A DNA stretch of 32,352 nucleotides from a virus. Taxonomy: Duplodnaviria > Caudoviricetes. Below, piece by piece: positions 8,898 through 15,984 of this stretch. Position numbers and translations under genes: made by a program. Every line of letters starts with the position of its first letter. Positions within the stretch are counted from its first letter, which is position 1. The notes beneath the pieces were generated by a model that worked only from the letters and a program-made list of their open reading frames with translations, searched no databases and had not been told where the DNA came from. The stretch lies in IMG/VR virus record IMGVR_UViG_3300032335_000831, positions 1 to 32,352 of that record; one strand, written 5' to 3'.

Positions 8898-8989
8898 GTC
8901 TGCCCCCTTGCTCGTATGTATGAGATTGTTATGTGCTGCCCAACGAACATTCCAGCCAAGAAACACAAGAGTAAAGTCCACTCATCCAT
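8894..8989 (-). CDS. 31-aa hydrophobic peptide ending IRARG
   Basis: MDEWTLLLCFLAGMFVGQHITISYIRARGQT*; fills the gap exactly; AAGGGG SD. Confidence 0.55.
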   Translation of the reverse strand: MDEWTLLLCFLAGMFVGQHITISYIRARGQT

Positions 8990-9461
8990 GATTCGTACCC
9001 CTTGCTCGGATGGCGGCGGCGATAGAGTTTGCTGTCAACAGAGATGCTGTGCGTACTCCCGGCAGGTAAGTCTCAGGATCGCTTGCCGGCCTCGGGTCTC
9101 TACCACTGTCAGCTACCTTTGCACACGCCTCGCGCTCGGCTTTTACGCGATCCGCTACCTGGCATTCCATGTCTGACATTAAACCTTTTATGCGCTGCTC
9201 TATCTGCCACCCAAGTTCGGTCAGCAGGTCTTTTGTTGAGTCACCCTGGCTGGCGGTGTAACCCATCCATTCGTTCAGCTTGTCGCGTTCTGTGTCGTAG
9301 GTGTAGCCATGCGCCATCATCCATGCGACCAGCTTGTTGCGCTCGTCAGCGCGGACAAGGGCAGCGAAGCGTTCAAGCCGGTTCGACTCGTCGTCATTCC
9401 AGTGCTGGTGCCAGTCGATGTCTGCCTCTCGCGCCATGCGGATGATGTCGTCGCGGGTCAT
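8982..9461 (-). CDS. Modular early protein (MTRDDIIRMAREA...EREACAKVA...AAAIRARG), 159 aa
   Basis: ATG 9461 overlaps the stop of 9458..9637; also has an internal ERNKL..WM/ERDKL..WM repeat. Confidence 0.75.
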   Translation of the reverse strand: MTRDDIIRMAREADIDWHQHWNDDESNRLERFAALVRADERNKLVAWMMAHGYTYDTERDKLNEWMGYTASQGDSTKDLLTELGWQIEQRIKGLMSDMECQVADRVKAEREACAKVADSGRDPRPASDPETYLPGVRTASLLTANSIAAAIRARGTNHG

Positions 9462-9637
9462 GCTTGATCCTTTAACCATTTAATTTCGTCTCGCAGTTCC
9501 TCCACGACTTGGATGAGTCCAATAAGCATGGCCTCTTTAATGTCCTCAGTTATGCCGATAACTTTAATCCCGCGATCCCTGACCTCTATCGCAAGGTCTT
9601 TGCCGGGAAAATACGGAATGTCTGATGGTTTTGTCAT
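9458..9637 (-). CDS. 59-aa hypothetical protein (absent from ORF track)
   Basis: MTKPSDIPYFPGKDLAIEV...EIKWLKDQA*; AAGGAG SD; ATGA-coupled at both ends. Confidence 0.65.
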   Translation of the reverse strand: MTKPSDIPYFPGKDLAIEVRDRGIKVIGITEDIKEAMLIGLIQVVEELRDEIKWLKDQA

Positions 9638-9840
9638 GTGTTCTCCTTGAGTTTGTCGGCGCGAGCTTGGCTGTAAATTTTTGGGATCAAGTCAAGCCAC
9701 TGTTGTGCGATTTTTTGGTACAAAACGTCGGCACGCTTTAGAACGTGGCTGAGATCATCGGCAGGCTCAATAACGTATGCGTTTAACGCTACGTCTTCTA
9801 ACTTATCAGCCAGTCTCATAGCGTCGGTTTGTTTGCTCAT
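9634..9840 (-). CDS. Modular early protein MSKQTDAMRLADKLE..., copy B (68 aa)
   Basis: AAGGAG SD before ATG 9840; first 27 aa identical to 15497..15892. Confidence 0.7.
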   Translation of the reverse strand: MSKQTDAMRLADKLEDVALNAYVIEPADDLSHVLKRADVLYQKIAQQWLDLIPKIYSQARADKLKENT

Positions 9841-9843
9841 TTG
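9759..9843. repeat. 85-bp direct repeat, copy 1 (copy 2 at 15811-15895)
   Basis: Aligned by eye: 83/85 identical; both differences are synonymous. Confidence 0.95.
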
Positions 9844-10483
9844 GTTTCTCCTTTGCCGCAGCAATGGCGGCGCTGATGTAAGCATTCTTAGCTTCAAGCC
9901 ATCTTCGATCTTCTAATGGATTTTCCTCGCGGTAACGAAACGGATATTCCCCGTTGTGTCCCTCATCACTGTTCATAAAGCCCGCAAGGTATGCATCCTC
10001 CAGCCATTGCACATCAATCAGCGGCTGGCGATGTGCGGATGCCAGAATTTCATCCATTCTTTCAACAACCCATTCCAGGGCAGTGAAATAGTCGTTGTCT
10101 ACCGCGCTGTGGCCATGCATGCCCCAACGGCCTTCAGTCCTGTCAATGTCTGCCTTAATCCTGTTTCGCAAATTCTGCCAAGCTAATTGGTCATGCACAG
10201 GTGCTGGCTGTGCTGCGGGTTGGGTGGTGTGGAGCGGCTTAACTTCAGCGTGATCGCCTTTGTATCCCGCCATCTTCAGAGCCTCGTCGTACTCTTGAGG
10301 TAGGTACAGGTCATGCGCGTTTCGCCCCTCAAACACGGCCCACGCCACCGGCTCCTGCTTCTCAGCCGCCTCGATGGCGGCGTCTAGATCGGCAATGGCC
10401 TCATCGGCCCAAGCATGGTCGCAGTGTCCGTGGCGCGCCGCTTTCAGCCCCTCACGGGCCTTTTTCATTGCGGTGATGCTCAT
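9806..10483 (-). CDS. Modular early protein (MK..L...AEKQEPVAW...TTQPAA...RQPL), 225 aa
   Basis: Shares linker motifs with 10480..10899, 13745..14059 and 14056..14856. Confidence 0.75.
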   Translation of the reverse strand: MSITAMKKAREGLKAARHGHCDHAWADEAIADLDAAIEAAEKQEPVAWAVFEGRNAHDLYLPQEYDEALKMAGYKGDHAEVKPLHTTQPAAQPAPVHDQLAWQNLRNRIKADIDRTEGRWGMHGHSAVDNDYFTALEWVVERMDEILASAHRQPLIDVQWLEDAYLAGFMNSDEGHNGEYPFRYREENPLEDRRWLEAKNAYISAAIAAAKEKPNEQTNRRYETG

Positions 10484-10515
10484 GTGTTCTTTCCTGTAAT
10501 GCCGTGGGCGGCTTC
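10480..10515. repeat. 36-bp direct repeat spanning a gene end and the next start codon (copy at 14056-14091)
   Basis: tcatgtgttct(t/c)tcctgtaatgccgtgggcggcttc, 1 mismatch; encodes EAAHGITG(K/E)NT* plus ATG. Confidence 0.9.
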
Positions 10516-10899
10516 CGCAAACCGAACGCCAGCCGTAAAATAATCGGAATTAAAGCCCCAAGAAGCGCGGCGACCTGATTCAATTTGTGCTTGTGTCAGC
10601 AGCTTGCGCTGTGCTGCTGTGGCAACCATCGAATCAACTGTCGCTCGGGCCGAATCCCACTTGCCCAGCACTTCACCTCCACCTTTGAGACTTAGCAATG
10701 CCTGAATTAAAACTTCTGTGCAAGGGTGGTAGTAAGGTTGGCTCGCTTGTTTCTCAGCCTTTGCGATTGCGGTACGAAGGTCGGCAATGCTCTCGTCGTA
10801 CCAAGCGGTTCCCTCCGGATGCTTAATCTTTTCTTGCGTAGTCACAAATACGCGGCTGCGCTGGAGCGCCTCCAGCGCCTGCTTCATTGCTTCGATCAT
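10480..10899 (-). CDS. Modular early protein (MIEAMKQALEAL...EAAHGITGKNT), 139 aa
   Basis: GGAGG SD; same termini as 14056..14856. Confidence 0.75.
   Translation of the reverse strand: MIEAMKQALEALQRSRVFVTTQEKIKHPEGTAWYDESIADLRTAIAKAEKQASQPYYHPCTEVLIQALLSLKGGGEVLGKWDSARATVDSMVATAAQRKLLTQAQIESGRRASWGFNSDYFTAGVRFAEAAHGITGKNT
10865..10896. repeat. 32-bp direct repeat encoding IEAMKQALEAL (copy at 14819-14850)
   Basis: agcgcctc(c/a)agcgcctgcttcattgcttcgat, 1 synonymous mismatch. Confidence 0.9.
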
Positions 10900-11099
10900 T
10901 TAGTCCTCCAGCATCTAAAGGTGCCATCTGGCATCTGACGGGTAATAAATTTCATTCCGTGCTTGTCACCGTAGCGCCGCGCAGCAACAGATGCTGTCTG
11001 GCGCTTGGTTGTTATGACAAAGCTATCACCGACTTCCATCTGGTCAAACGGAAAGCGGTTAGGGATAGGTACTCCCTTGTCAATAGGGGGCTGGTTCAT
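10896..11099 (-). CDS. Small putative DNA-binding protein (IDKGVPIP..FPFDQMEVGDSF)
   Basis: Recognisable small phage protein motif; basic C-terminal half. Confidence 0.65.
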   Translation of the reverse strand: MNQPPIDKGVPIPNRFPFDQMEVGDSFVITTKRQTASVAARRYGDKHGMKFITRQMPDGTFRCWRTK

Positions 11100-11161
11100 A
11101 GTCGTCTTTGCTGGGGTTAAACTTATCAGGCCCAGGCGGTTGCCCAGGCCTGTCCAAAGGA

Positions 11162-11350
11162 TTAGGAAACTTCGGAAACGGCCACATAAGACTGCAAAGC
11201 CTCGATAAGTTCTTGCATCTGCTTTTGGTTAAGCTGAGCATTCATAGAGCCGCAAATTGCGTTGATAGACAGATACACGCCTCCGGTGGTGGTCATTGGC
11301 GACACAAACACCATTTGATCGCCTGCTTTTACTTGCTTGTACACATTCAT
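11162..11350 (-). CDS. Hypothetical protein (MNVYKQVKAG..., 62 aa)
   Basis: GGAG SD before ATG 11350; the track ORF extends further upstream. Confidence 0.55.
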   Translation of the reverse strand: MNVYKQVKAGDQMVFVSPMTTTGGVYLSINAICGSMNAQLNQKQMQELIEALQSYVAVSEVS

Positions 11351-11351
11351 G

Positions 11352-11558
11352 TCAATTCTCCAGTTTGTAAAACCAATTGTTGCCCCTGCGCTTGCAGGAA
11401 ATACTGAACCCGTTTTGCCGTAGCTCTGAGATGATTGCACTTACAGCGCAGACACGGGCTTTTTGTATGATCTCCAAAGTTGTTAACTCTGGGTTCTTCC
11501 TCAAAACTTTAAGCGTTCTTAACAGCCTGGGGCTGTTGTTGATGTTGGCGTACCGCAT
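11352..11558 (-). CDS. Winged helix-turn-helix protein
   Basis: LTTLEII...AVSAIISELRQNGFSI....GNNWFYKL matches a wHTH recognition helix plus wing. Confidence 0.7.
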   Translation of the reverse strand: MRYANINNSPRLLRTLKVLRKNPELTTLEIIQKARVCAVSAIISELRQNGFSISCKRRGNNWFYKLEN

Positions 11559-11560
11559 GA

Positions 11561-11818
11561 CTAAAAGGGAAGATCTTCGTCAAAATCAGGCTTTGCTTGA
11601 CGCACTGGCCGGGCCTGTTGTTCTTCTTTCTTCGGCTCGTTGATGTACGCCCAGCCGTCCCAGCCGCCCTCTTTTAGCGGGATGTTGTCGATCTTTAGCA
11701 TTGCACCATTGCGCGTCTCAATGATTGACCCGATACGGCTGTACCGCTTCTTGACCTCGCCCTGGGCGTTTTTGTACTCGCCCGTCACGCACGAAATTTC
11801 TTTAAGAATTTTGCTCAT
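11561..11818 (-). CDS. Single-stranded DNA-binding-like protein
   Basis: Beta-rich core (GEYKNAQGEVKKRYSRIG) and acidic tail DFDEDLPF resembling the SSB C-terminus; next to the recombination genes. Confidence 0.7.
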   Translation of the reverse strand: MSKILKEISCVTGEYKNAQGEVKKRYSRIGSIIETRNGAMLKIDNIPLKEGGWDGWAYINEPKKEEQQARPVRQAKPDFDEDLPF

Positions 11819-12432
11819 GATTCCATCCTTTGTGTAAGAGCTTGCACTTTTTCATTTACCTCTGCCAGAAACTTAATGACTTCAGTTTCCGCATTTTTTA
11901 ACCACTCGTCATCAGCATTTACCCTAATAATGACAAGTTGTAACTTTTGCGGAAAGCGACTGTCATACACAACGTAATCGCACCACTGCCGGCCAGCGCA
12001 GCGCATTTGCCACTGCATCTGCGCGTGGTACTTGCCCGCGACCGTTTGCGATAGCAATGCCTCTAAAAAGGTTGCTGACTCTGGGCACTTGATCTCTACC
12101 ATCCCATCAGCCCCGACAAGGCCATCAGGAGACGCTCCAGCCATCTCAATCGTCGGGTGCGGGAGAAATCCCACCTCATCGACCATCGCGCCCCTATAAG
12201 CCTCGTATGCGGCCCTGGCAAACGGTTCCTGCTCGATGCCCCATTGCATCGCAGCATTGGTGTAGCCCTCTGCCCTAGTGCCGGTGATGCGCTCTAAAAC
12301 AAGCTGGGTCATGTAATGATTGCGATCAGCACCGTAACCCGTCTTTGTCTTGGCAAGAACCTTGTGCAAGTTGCTGGCCGTCACTTTGCCCAAGCGTTGC
12401 TGGTGCCATTCTTCTGTTCCTTGCTCAGTCAT
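11815..12432 (-). CDS. YqaJ-like (lambda-exonuclease family) nuclease
   Basis: EQGTEEWHQQRLGKVTAS, MQWGIEQEP.AR, GASPDG, VEIKCP, QMQWQM motifs; start at ATG 12432. Confidence 0.93.
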   Translation of the reverse strand: MTEQGTEEWHQQRLGKVTASNLHKVLAKTKTGYGADRNHYMTQLVLERITGTRAEGYTNAAMQWGIEQEPFARAAYEAYRGAMVDEVGFLPHPTIEMAGASPDGLVGADGMVEIKCPESATFLEALLSQTVAGKYHAQMQWQMRCAGRQWCDYVVYDSRFPQKLQLVIIRVNADDEWLKNAETEVIKFLAEVNEKVQALTQRMES

Positions 12433-12664
12433 GCTTGCCCCTTGCCTTGAGCATAGCGTCTGCTTGTTGGTATGCGGCGTAAGCCGTTTCGAAAAAGGTC
12501 GTGTCTTGTCGCCAATCACGGTCTGACAAAAGACCTTGCATCGCCTTGGCCGCGAAGTAGTCCCGCAGGGTCATGCCATCTTCCGCCATTGCTTCAGTCC
12601 ATGCTTTGTCTCCCCATTCTTTACCGGCGCGTGGAAACGCTGGCCCGCCTGTGGTATCGCTCAT
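12425..12664 (-). CDS. Conserved phage protein (GGPAFP...GMTLRDYFAAKAMQ...ADAMLKAR)
   Basis: Recognisable motif family of unknown function; CAGGAG SD. Confidence 0.8.
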   Translation of the reverse strand: MSDTTGGPAFPRAGKEWGDKAWTEAMAEDGMTLRDYFAAKAMQGLLSDRDWRQDTTFFETAYAAYQQADAMLKARGKHD

Positions 12665-12680
12665 GCTTGCTTCTCCTGTT
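12659..12680. repeat. 22-bp perfect direct repeat flanking the 149-aa gene (copy at 13105-13126)
   Basis: gctcatgcttgcttctcctgtt at both ends; on the coding strand AACAGGAGAAGCAAGCATGAGC = SD + stop/start overlap. Confidence 0.92.
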
Positions 12681-13110
12681 GAAATTTCAATTTAATTGCA
12701 AAGCCACCGTAGTAACCGTTGTGCTCGTTGTGTGATGCCATCGTCAGCGCACCTTTACTAGTCATTAATTCCAAGAACTGAACTTCATGATCTCCGTCTT
12801 CATCTTCCATGTTAGGCGCTTCTTTAAGTTCTATATTTAATAGCGTTGCACCAATAAAATCCTCTAATTTGTCGTCAGTTCGCATGTATCGACTTTCGCA
12901 ACAGGATTGCCCGCTATCAAAAATATTCAGCGTTGATGCATCGTCAAACTCCAGTCTCAAAGTATCTATACTGACGCCATCCCATTCGGGTTCTACTGTT
13001 GATAATGCAACGTGCTTGATGGTCTTGCCAATTGCCTTTTGATATGCGTTAACTGTTTCAGCATTGCCACCTAAAATATTAATCATCACGCCTAGTCCTA
13101 AATTGCTCAT
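12661..13110 (-). CDS. Hypothetical acidic protein (QSCCE...HNGYYGG), 149 aa
   Basis: Clean AT-rich ORF with possible metal-binding CCE/H motifs. Confidence 0.75.
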   Translation of the reverse strand: MSNLGLGVMINILGGNAETVNAYQKAIGKTIKHVALSTVEPEWDGVSIDTLRLEFDDASTLNIFDSGQSCCESRYMRTDDKLEDFIGATLLNIELKEAPNMEDEDGDHEVQFLELMTSKGALTMASHNEHNGYYGGFAIKLKFQQEKQA

Positions 13111-13664
13111 GCTTGCTTCTCCTGTTTGGCACGGGCAACCCTGGCGGCCTTGGCATCAATCACCCGCTTGATAAGGTCTTGATGGCCCTGGCAAGCCTCG
13201 TAAGCCTGCTTGTAGACCGCTTGCAGTTCCTCACCCGTCGTAGTGGCCTCAATGGTTGCTAGGTGGTCTGTAATGTCGGGTTTTGGGCCTTTGCGAACCG
13301 CTGCATTGCCATCGTCATCCTCTGGAGCGATGCCGCAAGCTGCCATCAGGCTGTAGCGCCTAGCGTAAGTCAGAGCAGACCCAAAGCCCTGGGCGTCATG
13401 TTTTGTGGCCGGGACATGAATTTGCCCGCAAGAAAAAGTCTCGCCGCTTTCGTGAATGAACACTGTTTCGACCAAAACACCAGTGTCAGACGGGCTTACC
13501 CGCTGCGTGAAGAAAATGCCGTTTGCTGAAAGCCCATCCATAACCGCCTCAACGCAGGCCGAAAGATCGGCGTAGCGTGAGCGGAAGTGCGGGTTTGTGC
13601 TTGTTTTAAGTGCTGGGCCGAAGGCTTTTTGAGCCTTGACCAGTGCGCTTGCTATCTTGTCCAT
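13107..13664 (-). CDS. erf: ERF-family single-strand annealing protein
   Basis: NPHFRSRYADL and AQGFGSALTYARRYSLMAACGIAPEDDDGN signatures. Confidence 0.93.
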   Translation of the reverse strand: MDKIASALVKAQKAFGPALKTSTNPHFRSRYADLSACVEAVMDGLSANGIFFTQRVSPSDTGVLVETVFIHESGETFSCGQIHVPATKHDAQGFGSALTYARRYSLMAACGIAPEDDDGNAAVRKGPKPDITDHLATIEATTTGEELQAVYKQAYEACQGHQDLIKRVIDAKAARVARAKQEKQA

Positions 13665-13669
13665 TTTTG

Positions 13670-13752
13670 CTCCTAAAAAGACCCCAGCGGATTGCCAGGG
13701 AATGCGATGATTGTATAGACCGCTAGACAGTGTGAAATAGGTACTTACCCTA
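13670..13752 (-). promoter_or_regulatory. Leftward promoter module 1 (upstream of erf)
   Basis: TAGGTACTTACCCTA (13738-52), TGTATAG-N4-CTAGACA (13712-29), -10 TACAAT (13710-15), leader hairpin, SD AGGAG. Confidence 0.7.
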
Positions 13753-14059
13753 TGTTCTTCTCCTTAAGTTTGTTTTCCACGGCAGTTATTGTTGTGGCCA
13801 GCGAATCCGGGTAGTGCTCTTGATAAATTTGCTCTCGCTCGTCGCCTGTCAGCCCAACCCACTGTCGCTGTGCTGCGCAATCGTTGAAGCCTTTCTCATA
13901 GGTCGCAATCAGGTCATCCGGCATTGGCTTCTGCTTCTCAGCCTGCTCGATGGCGGTGCGGAGGGCGGTGATGGCGGTCTCATGCGCTATTTTGTTTTGT
14001 GGGATTGGCGTGCTGTACTTCAGCGCCTCAAGCGCCAGCTTCATTTCTTCGATGTTCAT
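13745..14059 (-). CDS. Modular early protein (MNIEEMKLALEAL...AEKQ...AQRQWVGLT...KLKEKN), 104 aa
   Basis: ATG 14059 with AGGAG SD and ATGA overlap. Confidence 0.75.
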   Translation of the reverse strand: MNIEEMKLALEALKYSTPIPQNKIAHETAITALRTAIEQAEKQKPMPDDLIATYEKGFNDCAAQRQWVGLTGDEREQIYQEHYPDSLATTITAVENKLKEKNIG

Positions 14060-14856
14060 GTGTTCTCTCCTGTAATGCCGTGGGCGGCTTCGACGGCGCG
14101 GGCAAACTCGGTTTGCTTTTCGCCACTGCAATAGTTGACCAAAGTGATTTTGCACTGCTCAATGATCTTGTCGATCCGCTCCTGCTTCAGCGGCTGGCGC
14201 TGTGCTGCGCCGTATTTACTCAGCGCAAGGCGCATCGAGGCTATGCCATCAATTGTCCCGTCCGGTTTCTCAACCCAACACTTCATCAATTCAAAGTCAT
14301 TAGGTGCTGGCCGTGCTGCGGGTGGGGTGGTGTTTTTAAAGGTGCAATACTCTTTTGCATCACCTTCATCAACAAAAACCGCTTGTGCATGTGCCGCAAT
14401 CGCTTCATCCAAGGGACATTTCATGTTTCCCTCAAAAACATCTCGCCAGACCACATAGCCGCGACCGTTTACCCACTGATGTTTGAGTGGCCACTTTGGG
14501 ATTGTTTTGGCCTGTGCTGGCTTTTGCGCTTCTTCCGGCAGTTCGACCCAGCCTTCGACTGCGTTCCAGTAACCAAGCGGCTCCTGCACAGGTGCTGCGG
14601 GTGGTGTGGTGTAGCTTGCGCACTTAAACGGCTCATACCAAGCTCGCACTTCGGGTGAGAAGGCTTTGTATTGAGCATCTGTCACAAAACGCTCAAACCC
14701 AGCAATGCCAGTAAATCGCCACGCCACTGTCTCCTGCTTCTCAGCCTCTGCGATGGCGGTTCTTAAAATTCGGTGCGCTTCCAACGAGCCTTTAGACATT
14801 GATTTCTCCCATTCTTCCAGCGCCTCAAGCGCCTGCTTCATTGCTTCGATGGTCAT
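14056..14856 (-). CDS. Multi-module early protein (266 aa)
   Basis: MKQALEAL, AEKQETVAW, TTPPAA (twice), AQRQPL and EAAHGITGENT linkers. Confidence 0.8.
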   Translation of the reverse strand: MTIEAMKQALEALEEWEKSMSKGSLEAHRILRTAIAEAEKQETVAWRFTGIAGFERFVTDAQYKAFSPEVRAWYEPFKCASYTTPPAAPVQEPLGYWNAVEGWVELPEEAQKPAQAKTIPKWPLKHQWVNGRGYVVWRDVFEGNMKCPLDEAIAAHAQAVFVDEGDAKEYCTFKNTTPPAARPAPNDFELMKCWVEKPDGTIDGIASMRLALSKYGAAQRQPLKQERIDKIIEQCKITLVNYCSGEKQTEFARAVEAAHGITGENT

Positions 14857-14951
14857 GTGTTTTTCTCCTTACATTTGTGAAACGGCATAGCCCGACCCAG
14901 CAACCCAATAAGTTCGCCGCATTTTTGACAGCAATAGAACGGATACTTCAT
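14853..14951 (-). CDS. 32-aa Cys-rich peptide ending KEKNT
   Basis: MKYPFYCCQKCGELIGLLGRAMPFHKCKEKNT*; GGAGGAG SD; ATGA-coupled at both ends. Confidence 0.6.
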   Translation of the reverse strand: MKYPFYCCQKCGELIGLLGRAMPFHKCKEKNT

Positions 14952-15151
14952 GCCTTGCTCCTCCACGCATTCCACACAATACATCCGATGGCCCACAATA
15001 CAGACGCTGCAAGCGCGCCGGCCCATGCAGTTAATACCCACTCGTACCCTGGCTCTAGCGTCCCCAGCATTTCAGAGATACATATCGAAACAAACGGAAT
15101 GCCGGTAATGATTACCGCGCTGCGGGGGAAAAAGTAATCAATCTTCTTCAT
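14948..15151 (-). CDS. Two-TM membrane protein (67 aa)
   Basis: AAGGAG SD before ATG 15151; two hydrophobic segments. Confidence 0.65.
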   Translation of the reverse strand: MKKIDYFFPRSAVIITGIPFVSICISEMLGTLEPGYEWVLTAWAGALAASVLWAIGCIVWNAWRSKA

Positions 15152-15375
15152 GTTTTGCTCCTTGCTGGCCACCACTCGGGCCGGTCTGTCCATTTGATGT
15201 TTGATTGCTCACTCCGCATTTCTGCCAGAATTGACGCGGAATGTGCGGTGTCGAAGTGATACGCTGGGCAGCTCCAAAACTTTCCGTTCCACCAACGAGT
15301 TGCGCTAACGTCTTGTTCGGAGCTCGCAGGCCACCAGCCAATGCTGGGCGGCGGGCCTTTATGCCATTTGGTCAT
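15148..15375 (-). CDS. Trp-rich hypothetical protein (WHKGPPPSIGWWPAS...RWWNG..WS)
   Basis: ATGA-coupled at both ends. Confidence 0.7.
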   Translation of the reverse strand: MTKWHKGPPPSIGWWPASSEQDVSATRWWNGKFWSCPAYHFDTAHSASILAEMRSEQSNIKWTDRPEWWPARSKT

Positions 15376-15500
15376 TTTTGTTCCCCCGCTGCCCGCAGTG
15401 CAGCAGCCCAGGTGCGCAGAAACCGTGTAAGGTCTTCTTCTGTCGGCTCTTCAATCGTTGCGCTGATTTCAAGCCAAGCACGTCGCATTGCTTCGTTCAT
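15372..15500 (-). CDS. 42-aa hypothetical protein (absent from ORF track)
   Basis: MNEAMRRAWLEISATIEEPTEEDLTRFLRTWAAALRAAGEQK*; AGGAG SD; ATGA-coupled at both ends. Confidence 0.6.
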   Translation of the reverse strand: MNEAMRRAWLEISATIEEPTEEDLTRFLRTWAAALRAAGEQK

Positions 15501-15892
15501 TTGGTTTCTCCTGTTGCTTTGGTGATGGCGTCAACTGCTTGTTGCAGAGCAAACGGGTCGATGCTGTTACGGTTGGCGCGTTCAAACAAAATTTGCAGCG
15601 CCTCCAGCAGTTGCGCGTTTACTGCGCGGAGCTTGATGCACTCATCAACTCGCCTGGCTACAGATTCGAATGCTGGGCCTTTGTAGTCTTCATGCATTTG
15701 CCGAGCTTTAACCGCAGTTTCTGGCGTATCCGCGCAGGCTACAACGTCGCATGCTGCAAGACGCATACGTTCGCGCTCAATCTCTGCTTCCAACCGGCGC
15801 AGTTCGGCTACGGCAGGCTCAATCACGTATGCGTTTAACGCTACGTCTTCTAACTTATCAGCCAGCCTCATAGCGTCGGTTTGTTTGCTCAT
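15497..15892 (-). CDS. Modular early protein MSKQTDAMRLADKLE..., copy A (131 aa)
   Basis: GGAGG SD; AELRRL, LLEALQ and AITKATGE segments. Confidence 0.75.
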   Translation of the reverse strand: MSKQTDAMRLADKLEDVALNAYVIEPAVAELRRLEAEIERERMRLAACDVVACADTPETAVKARQMHEDYKGPAFESVARRVDECIKLRAVNAQLLEALQILFERANRNSIDPFALQQAVDAITKATGETK

Positions 15893-15984
15893 TTGCTTGC
15901 CTCCGGATACGGGTAAGCCAGCTCAAAAAGCCTGGCAACTGTCAACAATTGCCTAAACTGCGCTTCGGTTACTGAATATTTCAT
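15889..15984 (-). CDS. 31-aa hypothetical peptide
   Basis: MKYSVTEAQFRQLLTVARLFELAYPYPEASK*; fills the gap with ATGA overlaps at both ends. Confidence 0.55.
   Translation of the reverse strand: MKYSVTEAQFRQLLTVARLFELAYPYPEASK

Noticed and set aside
11815-12519. ORF-track starts upstream of the true starts (also 8981, 9479, 9897, 14155, 15041, 15193, 17214, 20336, 21882, 24028)
   Set aside because: These extensions overlap upstream genes or promoters; downstream ATGs have SDs and/or stop-start overlaps and were used instead.
13999-14658. 219-aa plus-strand ORF and similar plus-strand ORFs across 7-16 kb
   Set aside because: Antisense to the tightly coupled leftward operon; no recognisable motifs.
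9759-15895. Diversity-generating retroelement template/variable repeat pair
   Set aside because: No reverse transcriptase; only two differences, both synonymous and not adenine-specific; the repeat is at the N-terminus.
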